A stretch of 49,153 nt of DNA from Candidatus Avigastranaerophilus sp. (GCA_045639725.1 JAZUDR010000239.1:1-49153), one strand, 5' to 3'. Counted from the first letter of the stretch, positions 34,067 through 42,721 are shown. Numbers and translations: made by a program. The notes: generated from the letters alone by a model not told the origin.

Positions 34067-35029
34067 ATGAAATTGAGAATGTTATTGGTTGTCGCTTTGT
34101 TTGTGACTATTTTTGCCGCTTCTGCACAGGCTGCTCCTCTTACAGTCGGTCTTGTTCTTTCTACTGGCGGTTTGCATGACGAATCATTCAATGATGCTGC
34201 TTATGAAGGCGCTATGATTCTTCGTAAGGAAGGCTGCATTGTTGAAGTTGTAGATCCAGGTTCTATCAGTGGTATTGAACCAGCTCTCAGATTCTTCTGC
34301 AGAAGAAAGCTTGACATGGTTTGTGCTGTTGGCGTTTTCGCTAATGAAGCTGTTAGACATATTTCTAATGAATTCCCGGATACTAAGATCGTTCTTATCG
34401 ACTCTGTTGTTTCTGCTCAGAATGTTCTTTCTGTTCTTTTCGATGAAGAACAGGGTTCTTTCTTCGCAGGTGCTTTTGCTGCACTCGTAAGCAAGACAGG
34501 TTGTGTTGGCTTCATGGGTGGTATGGACTCTCCAGTAATTGCTGGCTTCGAAAGAGGATTCAAGAACGGTGCTGCATTTGTTAATTCAGATGTAAAATTT
34601 GTTTCTAAGTATCTTGGTAATACTCCAGAAGCTTTTGACTCTGTAGAAAAAGCAGAAGAAGTAGGTGTTGAACTGAATCAGGCCGGTGCTGATATTATTT
34701 ATCATGCTGCTGGTAAGAGTGGTATTGGTCTCATCAATGCTGCACGTCGTGGTAACTTCTGTGTTATCGGTGTTGACTCTGACCAGAGCAAGACTGCACC
34801 AGGCAAGGTTGCTGCCAGTCTCGTAAAGAGAATTGATATTGCTCTTGTTAAGGCTGCTGAAGTTGTTAAAAAAGGTAGCTTTAATGGTGGCGTCTGGACT
34901 CTTGGACTTCAGGACCATGGTATTGAACTTGCTTATTCTAGATTCAACCGTGACCTCATCACTCATGAAGTTAGCTTGAAGCTTGACGAAATCGAAGATT
35001 TCCTTATCAACAAAGAAAACGATAAGTAA
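34067..35029 (+). CDS. BMP-family (PnrA/Med-like) ABC-transporter substrate-binding lipoprotein-like protein, orphan
   Basis: A signal peptide is followed by LTVGLVLSTGGLHDESFNDAAYEG, then FMGGMDSPVIAGFERGF and GVDSDQS blocks typical of the Bmp family. Confidence 0.75.
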   Translation: MKLRMLLVVALFVTIFAASAQAAPLTVGLVLSTGGLHDESFNDAAYEGAMILRKEGCIVEVVDPGSISGIEPALRFFCRRKLDMVCAVGVFANEAVRHISNEFPDTKIVLIDSVVSAQNVLSVLFDEEQGSFFAGAFAALVSKTGCVGFMGGMDSPVIAGFERGFKNGAAFVNSDVKFVSKYLGNTPEAFDSVEKAEEVGVELNQAGADIIYHAAGKSGIGLINAARRGNFCVIGVDSDQSKTAPGKVAASLVKRIDIALVKAAEVVKKGSFNGGVWTLGLQDHGIELAYSRFNRDLITHEVSLKLDEIEDFLINKENDK

Positions 35030-35055
35030 TTAATTTTTGATTTTTTCAAAATAAA

Positions 35056-35117
35056 GCAAACCCGCAAGTGAATGTACAAAAAAATAGTGTACAGACTCTT
35101 GCGGGTTTGCCTTTTTA
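35056..35117 (+). terminator. Terminator hairpin after the BMP gene
   Basis: A 13-bp perfect stem, gcaaacccgcaag (35056..35068) paired with cttgcgggtttgc (35098..35110), has a 29-nt loop and is followed by cttttta. Confidence 0.65.
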
Positions 35118-35200
35118 TGAATATAATAGTATAAAATAAGCCGCTTTATAAGATGCGTGTTAAAAGTAAGCTTTCATAAGAAAAAGCAGGAGGTCTCATT

Positions 35201-35974
35201 ATGATGACTATGACTTACAACAAACGCCAGGGATTATCTATCCTTTTGGTGCTCTCAATGGTATTCACTATGTGGATGACCGTTTCTCCAATGAACCAGG
35301 CTAATGCCGGCATTCTTAGTGCTGTTGGCAGCATTGCTAGAACTTTGTTCGTAAATGTTGGTGGTTTGGCAGCTGGTGCTATGGGTGCTGTTGTAGGTGC
35401 TGCAGTCGGTGGTGGTCCTCTTGGTATGGCAATCGGTGGTGTTGCTGGTTTCTGCGTTGGCAAAAAGCTTCTCAATTGGTGTACTTCAAGTGTTGCTAAT
35501 GTTGCAACAGTTGCTGGTGCCGTAGCTGGTGGTTGTCTCTGCGCTGGTATGGGGTTCCCAATGCTTGCTATCGGTATTATCGGTGGTGGCGTTGTTTCCA
35601 GATTGCTTGTTAAAGGCGTTGGCGCACTTATCGATAGAATTACCAATGGTAAGACTATAACAGTAAGTAAGAGTGATGTTGACGAAGCCGCTGCTAAGGA
35701 AGAAAGCGATGCAGTTGCTGCTTTTATCAATGGCCTTCAGGATGATGATACTACTGTAACTACTACCGTTAAGAAAGAAACTCCAAAGGTTGAAGAAAAG
35801 AATACTTCTTCTGATGTAAAGGATTCTCAGGCTGCTTATAATGCTTATACTGCTGCATATCAGAAATATGTAGACTGCGCTCAGAAGGGTGATGCCGAAG
35901 GCGCTAAGGCTGCTATGGAAGAATACCGCACTAACATTAACCTTTATCAGGCTCTTTTGAAAGCTGGCTTATAA
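35201..35974 (+). CDS. Secreted/membrane glycine-zipper protein with helical Ala/Tyr-rich C-terminus
   Basis: AGGAGG RBS. The signal-like N-terminus ends in NQANAG. Long GxxxG arrays follow (GGLAAGAMGAVVGAAVGGGPLGMAIGGVAGF..., AGAVAGGCLCAGMG). Confidence 0.6.
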   Translation: MMTMTYNKRQGLSILLVLSMVFTMWMTVSPMNQANAGILSAVGSIARTLFVNVGGLAAGAMGAVVGAAVGGGPLGMAIGGVAGFCVGKKLLNWCTSSVANVATVAGAVAGGCLCAGMGFPMLAIGIIGGGVVSRLLVKGVGALIDRITNGKTITVSKSDVDEAAAKEESDAVAAFINGLQDDDTTVTTTVKKETPKVEEKNTSSDVKDSQAAYNAYTAAYQKYVDCAQKGDAEGAKAAMEEYRTNINLYQALLKAGL

Positions 35975-35991
35975 TTAATTAAACAAAAATG

Positions 35992-36022
35992 GCGGTTCGC
36001 GATTAGCGAACCGCTTTTTTTT
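35992..36022. terminator. Bidirectional rho-independent terminator between convergent genes
   Basis: The stem is gcggttcgc (35992..36000) paired with gcgaaccgc (36006..36014), with loop gatta and a T8 run on the plus strand. An A/T-rich run also lies on the other side. Confidence 0.8.
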
Positions 36023-36041
36023 GCTCATTTTATGGTAGAGA

Positions 36042-36296
36042 TTAATGATGGAAACCAGTTTTTCCCTCTACAAACCATTTGTCATCTTCGTGAAACAAAA
36101 AGGTTTCTTTGCCCAGGACCATAATTGTATATCTGACACCACAGCCTCCAACCTTTGTTGAAGCTGCTCTGCATTCTCTTTTTATTCTATCAATTTCGTA
36201 TACATGACCATCTTCCCAGGTTATAGACAGTGGCTTTATGTGCCCATATTTATCATTCATTACAGTTACATCTACATAAATTTTTATTCTTTCCAT
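36042..36296 (-). CDS. Small (84 aa) protein translationally coupled to the Y-family polymerase, unknown function
   Basis: Its ATG (36296..36294) shares one base with the polymerase TAA (36298..36296). I recognise no motif. Its position is analogous to accessory subunits of TLS polymerases. Confidence 0.55.
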   Translation of the reverse strand: MERIKIYVDVTVMNDKYGHIKPLSITWEDGHVYEIDRIKRECRAASTKVGGCGVRYTIMVLGKETFLFHEDDKWFVEGKTGFHH

Positions 36297-37531
36297 TATC
36301 TGAATACTCCAGTGGGCATTGTTATCTCAGGTCTGCTTTTGGGCAAAGTGCTAGGAAAAAGTAATATGGCGTTTTTTATAGCTCCCTTGCCAAATCTGTG
36401 CCTGATTTCTTCTATTGTGAGGTCTAGTCTTTCCCGCTTCCTGATTGCTTCATAGTCCGTAAAAAGGTCATATTGCACCTCCTGGGCTTCCTCTATGAGG
36501 TCTATTGCTCTCAAGGTTACTGATCTTATGGGAAACTCCCATGCATAGCTTTGCTGAAAAAGCATAAAAGCTGTTTTTACGATATTGCTGGAGCTTTGTG
36601 TGGGTGATGGAAGCTTGCACTGCCATTCCTGACAGCAGAGCTGATTGTTGCGTATAACAATAGATACACCGCAGGCTTTCTTTTTGTGTTTACGCAGTCT
36701 GGTGCCAATATCCTGAACCAGGTCTATCATTACGGCCCAGACTTCTGAGTCTGTTTCTAGGTCTTGAATAGTAGTAATTCCATGACCAATGCTTTTTATG
36801 GGAAAGACATAATCTGTTCTATGAACAACAGAACAATCCGACCCGTTGGCAAAAGCAATGAGGGCCAACCCGTTTTTGCCAAGCCGCCTTTGAATTAATT
36901 CTTTAGGAGCGTTTGCCAGGTCACCGATAGTGGAAATACCGAATCTGTTTAAGACTCTGGTAGTGGCTCTACCAACTCCAAGAAGGTCTGAAGCTGGTAA
37001 CCCCCATATTTTCTCCTTGAATGAATCTTTGTCTATGCAGGTTACTGCGTCTGGTTTCTTTAAATCGCTGCCAAGCTTTGCAAATATCTTATTAAAGCTG
37101 ACTCCAACGGAAATTGTCAGACCAAGCTCAAATTTTATTGTCCGTCTTATTTTGTGGGCTATTTGAAGCCCTGTGCCAAAGGCTTTCTGGCTGCCAGTGA
37201 TGTCTAGGAAGCATTCATCCATTCCGTAGGGTTCTATCTGGTTGGTATAGCGGCTGTATATTTCTCGGGCAAGTTTTGAGAACTTTATATATTGCTCGTA
37301 GTGTGGTTCTACGATTACTACTTTGTTGAATTTCTGTTTGGCTTGCCATATAGCGTCTCCTGTTGCAATGCCCACTGCTTTTGCCTTGTAATTTTTGGCT
37401 AATACAATGCCATGGCGGTTTTCTACAGACCCGGCAACAGCAACTGCTTTGTCTTTTAGACTAGGGTCCAGCATGCATTCTACGCTTGCAAAAAAGTTAT
37501 TCATGTCGCAATGCAGTATAGTTCTTTCCAT
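36296..37531 (-). CDS. Y-family (translesion) DNA polymerase, PolY2/UvrX/UmuC-like
   Basis: ILHCDMNNFFASVEC, YGMDECFLDITG (catalytic acidic residues) and SVGVSFNKIFAKLGSDLKKPD are all present. Confidence 0.85.
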   Translation of the reverse strand: MERTILHCDMNNFFASVECMLDPSLKDKAVAVAGSVENRHGIVLAKNYKAKAVGIATGDAIWQAKQKFNKVVIVEPHYEQYIKFSKLAREIYSRYTNQIEPYGMDECFLDITGSQKAFGTGLQIAHKIRRTIKFELGLTISVGVSFNKIFAKLGSDLKKPDAVTCIDKDSFKEKIWGLPASDLLGVGRATTRVLNRFGISTIGDLANAPKELIQRRLGKNGLALIAFANGSDCSVVHRTDYVFPIKSIGHGITTIQDLETDSEVWAVMIDLVQDIGTRLRKHKKKACGVSIVIRNNQLCCQEWQCKLPSPTQSSSNIVKTAFMLFQQSYAWEFPIRSVTLRAIDLIEEAQEVQYDLFTDYEAIRKRERLDLTIEEIRHRFGKGAIKNAILLFPSTLPKSRPEITMPTGVFR

Positions 37532-37553
37532 AAACTGTTTCTCTTGACATAAT

Positions 37554-37653
37554 GAGAAGTTCTGATTATATTAATAGGAAGTTAAACTTCCCATGTTTAA
37601 ATGATAAGAAGTTTAACTTCTAAAGTCAAGCAAAAATGAGAAGTTTAACTTCT
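37554..37653. promoter_or_regulatory. Operator array: three perfect 13-bp palindromes GAAGTT-N-AACTTC plus one half-site, in the divergent promoter region between the polymerase and the XRE gene
   Basis: The sites are ggaagttaaacttcc (37577..37591), agaagtttaacttct (37607..37621) and agaagtttaacttct (37639..37653), with a gaagtt half-site at 37556..37561. Centre-to-centre spacing is 30 and 32 bp. On the minus strand, TTGACT (37629..37624), 17 nt, then TATCAT (37606..37601) has site 2 filling the spacer. On the plus strand, TTGACA (37544..37549), 17 nt, then TATATT. Confidence 0.7.
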
Positions 37654-37750
37654 ATCTTGGCGGCTTGTTAAAAAATGTATTGCAATACGGCTGTTGGCTC
37701 GGTTGGCGTTGTAATTGTGCATTGTGAATTTATTAGGAAGGTTGATAATA

Positions 37751-38158
37751 ATGACTTTTGGTGAAAAAGTCCGGGCAGCACGGACAAAACTCAAGCTAAC
37801 ACAAGATGTGTTGGCTGAAAGAGTAGGGGTTTCCAGAAGAGTAATAACCTCTTACGAAACAGATAAATCACGTCCCCGTGGCACTGCAGGCTATCAGCGG
37901 CTAGCAGATGCTCTTGAAGTGAACATAAATTATTTGCTTCAGGAAGAAGAAGCTTTTATTGCTGAAGCAGAAGAACAATTCGGCTATCGTGGCAAGAAAG
38001 GCGCAGAAAAGCTTCTTTCAGAAGTAACAGGTCTATTTGCTGGCGGTGATATGGCCGAAGAAGACATGGATGAGCTCATGCTTGCTATTCAGGAAGCCTA
38101 TATTCTTGCCAAAAAACGCAATAAAAAATACGCTAAGACTAACAAAGATATACGCTAA
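37751..38158 (+). CDS. XRE-family helix-turn-helix transcriptional repressor (ImmR/DdrO-like position)
   Basis: ATG at 37751 follows AGGAAGG; the track start at 37715 is less likely. LKLTQDVLAERVGVSRRVITSYETDKSRP is an HTH_3 motif. Confidence 0.8.
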   Translation: MTFGEKVRAARTKLKLTQDVLAERVGVSRRVITSYETDKSRPRGTAGYQRLADALEVNINYLLQEEEAFIAEAEEQFGYRGKKGAEKLLSEVTGLFAGGDMAEEDMDELMLAIQEAYILAKKRNKKYAKTNKDIR

Positions 38159-38170
38159 TAAAGCTAATGA

Positions 38171-38252
38171 CAGCTTTTAGCTGCTAGCTATTGGCTATTT
38201 GCTAGAGCAATGATTTTTCCCGGCCAAAAGTAACGTCTAACAGCCATAAGCT
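38171..38252. repeat. Degenerate/rearranged fragment of the dispersed intergenic repeat family (copy C)
   Basis: It shares the 12-mer tagctattggct (38185..38196 = 42521..42532) and taacgtct (38231..38238 = 42491..42498) with copy B, in the opposite order. It lies between the XRE and ImmA genes. Confidence 0.45.
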
Positions 38253-38291
38253 TATTAGAACATACTTTTAATTCGGTCTATAAATATAACT

Positions 38292-38792
38292 ATGAATATT
38301 TTCTCCAAAGTTAAACAGATACTAAATCGTTATCACACTACTAATGCTGATAAATTAGCTGAAGAACTCGGTATTATCGTTTTGCCACGTCCTTTTAAAC
38401 GCCAGAAGGGTGTTTATAAAATAATCGAGCGTAACCGTTTTATATTCATAAAAGAAGACCTGCATCCGGTGATGCATAATATTGTGCTTTTGCATGAAAT
38501 AGGCCATGACGTGCTTCATAGAAAAGAAGCGCTGCTTGCCGGCGGTTTTAAGGAATTTAACCTCTTTGATATGGCTAATAATCGTATGGAATACGAAGCA
38601 AATATGTTTGCTGCCCTGATTTCACTGCCAGATGAAGAAATTATTGATTATATAACTCAAGGCTATGATGTAGCTCAGATTGCCGCTCTTATGAACTCTG
38701 ATATAAACCTTGTGGCATTGAAGGTGGCTGACTTGAATAACCGTGGCACCAATTTCATAAAACCAGCTCACAGAAACGATTTCCTGAAATAA
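38292..38792 (+). CDS. ImmA/IrrE-family (COG2856) zinc metalloprotease
   Basis: LLHEIGHDVLH carries the HExxH motif. The 166-aa size and pairing with an upstream XRE gene are typical. Confidence 0.8.
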   Translation: MNIFSKVKQILNRYHTTNADKLAEELGIIVLPRPFKRQKGVYKIIERNRFIFIKEDLHPVMHNIVLLHEIGHDVLHRKEALLAGGFKEFNLFDMANNRMEYEANMFAALISLPDEEIIDYITQGYDVAQIAALMNSDINLVALKVADLNNRGTNFIKPAHRNDFLK

Positions 38793-38793
38793 C

Positions 38794-39054
38794 TCAATCC
38801 TCGTAATGGCCTTTACAAGCTATTATCAATAAATTACCGGAACTGTCTATGTCATATATTAGTCGGTTTTTTTCATCAATGCGACGACTCCAGACATTTC
38901 TGTATTTTAATAATTCTGGTTTTTCAATACCCTCATTAAGACCGTTTCTCTCAATGTCTTTTATTAATTCATTTATTCTTTTTAAAGTCTTTTTATCTAT
39001 TGTTTGCCAATAGATATAATCATCCCAGGCTCTATCGGACCATAGTTTCTGCAT
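38794..39054 (-). CDS. yoeB: YoeB/Txe-family type II toxin (mRNA interferase)
   Basis: MQKLWSDRAWDDYIYWQTIDKKTLKRINELIKDIERN...WSRRIDEKNRLIY...IIACKGHY is near-colinear with canonical YoeB. Confidence 0.9.
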   Translation of the reverse strand: MQKLWSDRAWDDYIYWQTIDKKTLKRINELIKDIERNGLNEGIEKPELLKYRNVWSRRIDEKNRLIYDIDSSGNLLIIACKGHYED

Positions 39055-39057
39055 TGG

Positions 39058-39303
39058 TTAGTCCTCTATTAGTTCATGGGGAGTGCCATTGCCGGATCTT
39101 AGTTGTTCTATTGATTTGTCTAAATTATATAAATATTCAGCATTTCTAGCTGCCTTAGATATTCTATTCCATTCATCCAGACTTAGCATTACTACGTTTT
39201 TTTCGTTTTTTCTTGTAATTATGACTATTTCTTCATCGTCGGACACTTTGTCGCAATAATTTTTAAAATTTTCTCTGATGGTTGAATAGTTAACGGCAAT
39301 CAT
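39058..39303 (-). CDS. yefM: YefM/Phd-family antitoxin
   Basis: 81 aa. MIAVNYSTIRENFKNYCDKVSDDEEIVIITRKNEKNVVMLSLDEW. It lies 3 nt upstream of yoeB. Confidence 0.85.
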   Translation of the reverse strand: MIAVNYSTIRENFKNYCDKVSDDEEIVIITRKNEKNVVMLSLDEWNRISKAARNAEYLYNLDKSIEQLRSGNGTPHELIED

Positions 39304-39330
39304 ATTAACTTAATTCTTGTAAATTTATCT

Positions 39331-39368
39331 AAAATAAAAACTCCCCCACAATGTGAGGGAGTCTTTTT
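39331..39368. terminator. Terminator hairpin downstream of the LRR gene (T-runs on both sides)
   Basis: actcccccaca-atg-tgagggagt has one mismatch and is flanked by aaaataaaaa and cttttta. Confidence 0.6.
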
Positions 39369-39376
39369 ATTGCTTA

Positions 39377-40789
39377 TTATCTGAGACTTACAGTGATTTT
39401 CTTGGTTTCTTTGAGTTCTTTTTGGAATTCTTCAGTAATAGCACCCTTAGTAAGGTTTACATATGAGCCTTCTGGTAATTCCTTGAGGAAGTCGTAGTTA
39501 GTAATTCCTTCAACCTTGGTGAGTGTGAGTCTTTCAAGCTTTGGACAATTCTTTACAAGGCTTTCTGCATTAGCAACCTTGGTATCTGTGATAACAAGAT
39601 TCTTGGCGTTAGCAGCTACCAAAGTTGAAAGGTCGAATGGCTTTTCATCTTTATTATTAATCTTGTATAATTCTATTCTTTCTACTGCAGGACCAAGCTT
39701 GGCCAGGTCTTTAATCTGAACTTCAGAATACTGAACTTCTTTAAGTTTTGGCATGTTAGCCATGAAAGAAGTATCAATAGCGGTTTCTGGTGAGTTGCAA
39801 TCTTTTACAGTTAAAATCTTGAGGTCTTCAAGATTTGTTAAATTGCTGAGACCTTCCCAGTTGATAACATTCTTGGTGGACCATATTTTCAATTTCTTAA
39901 GAGACTGAGCTTTGCCCATTTTGTTACCGTCAAGGTCCATGCTGTTGTGAGCCCAATACATAATGCTTTCAAGGCTTTTGCAGTTTTCAAGGGTTTCATA
40001 GTCTTCTAATTTTTCAGCTAGGAATTCAATGTTCTTAACATTGGGTAAATCCTTCATGAAAGCCAAAGATTTCATTTCTGTGAGACCGGCCTTGATGTCT
40101 TCAAGAGACTTGATTTCAGAAAGGTGATCATAATTCAATTCTGCATCTTTATTTGGTTTAGTTGCATATATGTTGATTTTTTTCAGACTTGACATTGTAG
40201 CAAGGTGAGCAAAATCGTCAATATTGCAGCCGTAGAGGCTTAATTCTTTAACATTAGTAAGGGTTCCAAGTGGTTTAATGGTGTTGCTGAGGATGTTGCA
40301 AGAATAGAAGGTTACTGTGGTAAGACCAGTGCAACTGGAAATAGGAGAAAGGTCCTGAACCTTAGCGCCGGAAATATAAACCTTAGTGAGTTTGCTGTTA
40401 TCTTTTAAAGCGCTGATGTCTAATGGTTCAAACTTAGAATCATAAGTGATTGATATTTCTTCAAGATTTGGAAGATTTTTGATAAATTCCAGGTTGCCAA
40501 CTTCAACACCATTCAAAACGATAGTCTTTACGCCGGAGAAAGCTTCTAAAGCTTTGAGTGCTTCTTCTTTTGATATTTTATTAAGACTTAAAGAGGTCTT
40601 GGCTATTTCGCCACTTTTGGCTTCAAAATCTGCCTTGGCTTTGGCAAGAACAGCTTCAGAGCAGTCTTCATTGATTGTAATATAGGTTTTGCTAATGTTC
40701 ATTGATGGATTAGCGTTTACAGATGAAGCACCAGCAATGATTGATGCGGCTACAAATGCTACGGTTGAGAGTTTTTTGAAATTCATCAT
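39377..40789 (-). CDS. Secreted leucine-rich-repeat (LRR) protein
   Basis: The start is probably MMNFKKLSTVAFVAASIIAGASSVNA (ATG at 40789 or 40786, after GAGG); the track extends it to 40894. Repeated LxxLxxLxLxxN-type units are visible (NLPNLEEISITY, CTGLTTVTFYSC, LTNVKELSLYGC, LTNLEDLKILTV...). Confidence 0.7.
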   Translation of the reverse strand: MMNFKKLSTVAFVAASIIAGASSVNANPSMNISKTYITINEDCSEAVLAKAKADFEAKSGEIAKTSLSLNKISKEEALKALEAFSGVKTIVLNGVEVGNLEFIKNLPNLEEISITYDSKFEPLDISALKDNSKLTKVYISGAKVQDLSPISSCTGLTTVTFYSCNILSNTIKPLGTLTNVKELSLYGCNIDDFAHLATMSSLKKINIYATKPNKDAELNYDHLSEIKSLEDIKAGLTEMKSLAFMKDLPNVKNIEFLAEKLEDYETLENCKSLESIMYWAHNSMDLDGNKMGKAQSLKKLKIWSTKNVINWEGLSNLTNLEDLKILTVKDCNSPETAIDTSFMANMPKLKEVQYSEVQIKDLAKLGPAVERIELYKINNKDEKPFDLSTLVAANAKNLVITDTKVANAESLVKNCPKLERLTLTKVEGITNYDFLKELPEGSYVNLTKGAITEEFQKELKETKKITVSLR

Positions 40790-40861
40790 ATACCTCTGTA
40801 TTAGAAAATTTAATGAACGCAATTTATACTTATTTGTTTTTTTTGTCAACAAACTTACAAT

Positions 40862-40902
40862 ACTAAAACAACAAAGCCCCTTGAATTGCTTCAAGAGGCT
40901 TT
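40862..40902 (-). terminator. Rho-independent terminator of asnS
   Basis: On the minus strand the hairpin aaagcctcttgaa-gcaa-ttcaaggggcttt is followed by gttgtttt. Confidence 0.6.
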
Positions 40903-40919
40903 ATTGCTAGATTACAACA

Positions 40920-42269
40920 TCACGGCCAAATCTTGTCCATCATTCTTGGGAATGGGATTGTTTCTCTTACGTGAGTCAAGCCACAGAGCCAAGAAACTGT
41001 GCGTTCGATACCGAGACCGAAGCCAGAGTGTGGAACAGAACCGTAACGGCGGATATCAAGATACCATTTGAATGGTTCAAGGCTCATGCCCTGCTTTTCA
41101 ATCTTCTTGGTAAGAACATCGATATCTGCTTCACGTTCGCTGGCGCCGATGATTTCGCCGTAGCCTTCAGGAGCGATCATGTCGAAGCACAATACGCGGC
41201 CCTTGTGTTCTGGGTCTTCCTTCATGTAGAAGGCCTTAACTTCGCTTGGATAGCGGTGGATCATAACTGGCTTGTCATGGTTGATACCAATGCAGGTTTC
41301 GTCTGCTGCGCCAAGGTCATCGCCAACGCCGCCCTTGAGGATATCTTCAGCGAGTTTGCGCTTTTCTTCGTCATCAGAAGCAGCATATTCTGCTTTCTTC
41401 TTAGCGAGGAATTCACAGGCTTCGTCATAAGACATTCTATAGAATGGAGCTTTGATTTTCTTAAGCTTTTCAATATCGCGTTCAAGAGTCTTGAGTTCTT
41501 CTTCGCAGTTTGCTACTACGTGCTGAACAACGCTTTCAACAAACTGTTCTGCAAGTTCCATATCTTCTGCGAGTTCCATGTAAGCAACTTCTGGTTCTAC
41601 CATCCAGAATTCAGTGAGATGGCGGCGGGTTTTGCTCTTTTCGGCTCTGAAGGTTGGACCGAAGCAGTAAACCTTACCAAAAGACATTGCTGCGGCTTCC
41701 ATATAAAGCTGACCGCTCTGAGAGAGGTAAGCCTTCTGGTCGAAATATGTGGTTTCGAACAGGTTAGTGGTGCCTTCAGCTGCGTTTGGAGTGAAGATTG
41801 GAGCATCAACATTGATGAATCCGCGTTCATTGAAGAAATTGCGGATAGCCATGGTAATGTGATGGCGGATGCGAAGAATAGCATGCTGTCTCTTAGAGCG
41901 GAGCCACAGGTGTCTGTTTTCCATAAGGAAAGCAACGCCGTGTTCCTTTGGAGTGATTGGGTAATCAACACTCTGAGAAACGATCTTGATATCGCTCAGT
42001 TCGAGTTCATAACCACCAACCTGGCGGTCATCCTTCTTTACCTTACCTGTTGCAATAACAGAGGTTTCCTGATTGATTTCTTCACAAATCTTGGCGATTT
42101 CAGCAGAAAGACCTGGCAGGAATGCAACACACTGGCACATTGCGCTACCATCTCTTACGATGATGAAGTGAAGCTTCTTAGAACTGCGCTTGTTATAGCA
42201 CCAGCCTGCGATAGTTACTTCTTCGCCAACGTGATTCTTGAAATCAGCTATTGGTGTGTACTCTTTCAT
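40920..42269 (-). CDS. asnS: Asparaginyl-tRNA synthetase
   Basis: 449 aa with an N-terminal OB fold. Class II motif 2 is [21 protein letters not shown] (AsnRS-type), motif 3 is [10 protein letters not shown], and the C-terminus is IPFPR. Confidence 0.9.
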   Translation of the reverse strand: MKEYTPIADFKNHVGEEVTIAGWCYNKRSSKKLHFIIVRDGSAMCQCVAFLPGLSAEIAKICEEINQETSVIATGKVKKDDRQVGGYELELSDIKIVSQSVDYPITPKEHGVAFLMENRHLWLRSKRQHAILRIRHHITMAIRNFFNERGFINVDAPIFTPNAAEGTTNLFETTYFDQKAYLSQSGQLYMEAAAMSFGKVYCFGPTFRAEKSKTRRHLTEFWMVEPEVAYMELAEDMELAEQFVESVVQHVVANCEEELKTLERDIEKLKKIKAPFYRMSYDEACEFLAKKKAEYAASDDEEKRKLAEDILKGGVGDDLGAADETCIGINHDKPVMIHRYPSEVKAFYMKEDPEHKGRVLCFDMIAPEGYGEIIGASEREADIDVLTKKIEKQGMSLEPFKWYLDIRRYGSVPHSGFGLGIERTVSWLCGLTHVRETIPFPRMMDKIWP

Positions 42270-42424
42270 AGAATATCCTTTATTTACAGAGCTTTAAGCT
42301 TGTTCAGCCCAAACTCCGGTTTGTTACTAGAGCAAGAATGTCACAATATAATATTAGCTTATAAAGTGACCAAAGAAGTATAGTACTCTAGCGATTTTTT
42401 TTCAACTACTTTGTAAAAAATAGT

Positions 42425-42570
42425 CGGAAGGAAGCTGGAAGCTAGAAGCTTGAAGCTTGAAGCAGGGCATTATTAAATACGAAGCGAGTATAACGTCTGT
42501 TGCAATAGGCTTTTGGCTATTAGCTATTGGCTGCTGGCCGAGAACAAGCAGGCCGCTTGAAGCTGGAAGC
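42425..42570 (-). repeat. Dispersed intergenic repeat, copy B (inverted relative to copy A at 1253..1385)
   Basis: See copy A. Tandem GAAGCT(T/G/A)-type octamers occupy the left end (42428..42463). gaagctggaagc recurs at 42431..42442 and 42558..42569. Confidence 0.8.
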
Positions 42571-42623
42571 CAAACATTCAATTACATCTGACGCAAAGCG
42601 GCAGTTTTTCACGCCCGCGAGGC

Positions 42624-42652
42624 TTGACATAATGCTTTACTTGCCTTATTAT
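42624..42652 (+). promoter_or_regulatory. Candidate sigma70-type promoter for the 42722 gene
   Basis: TTGACA (42624..42629), a 17-nt spacer, then TATTAT (42647..42652). Confidence 0.45.
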
Positions 42653-42721
42653 TTGCCACGATAACAGTATTGCCAAAACTGATGAAATACAAATAATACT
42701 GTTAGAAAGGTAACTTATAAA

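Noticed and set aside
35215-35730. A 171-aa minus-strand ORF rich in Pro, Ala and Thr.
   Set aside because: It is the antisense shadow of the GGN/GCN-rich glycine-zipper gene, which itself has an AGGAGG RBS and a signal peptide.
37554-37653. Regularly spaced 15-nt repeats that could superficially resemble a mini CRISPR array.
   Set aside because: There are only three copies, and each is itself a perfect palindrome. The 'spacers' are only 15-17 nt, there are no cas genes, and the location is a divergent promoter. I interpret the repeats as operators.
40971-42383. A 470-aa ORF on the plus strand.
   Set aside because: It is entirely antisense to the well-supported asnS gene. It has low-complexity, Phe/Leu-rich composition and no motif or RBS, so it is a shadow ORF.
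1253-42570. Inverted repeat copies A and B considered as the ends of a ~41-kb composite mobile element.
   Set aside because: The interval is dominated by housekeeping genes (ligA, asnS, rsfS, rsmE, hfq, comEC). There is no transposase or integrase, and related fragments occur elsewhere (38171..38252 and 12731..12741). This is more consistent with a dispersed small repeat family.
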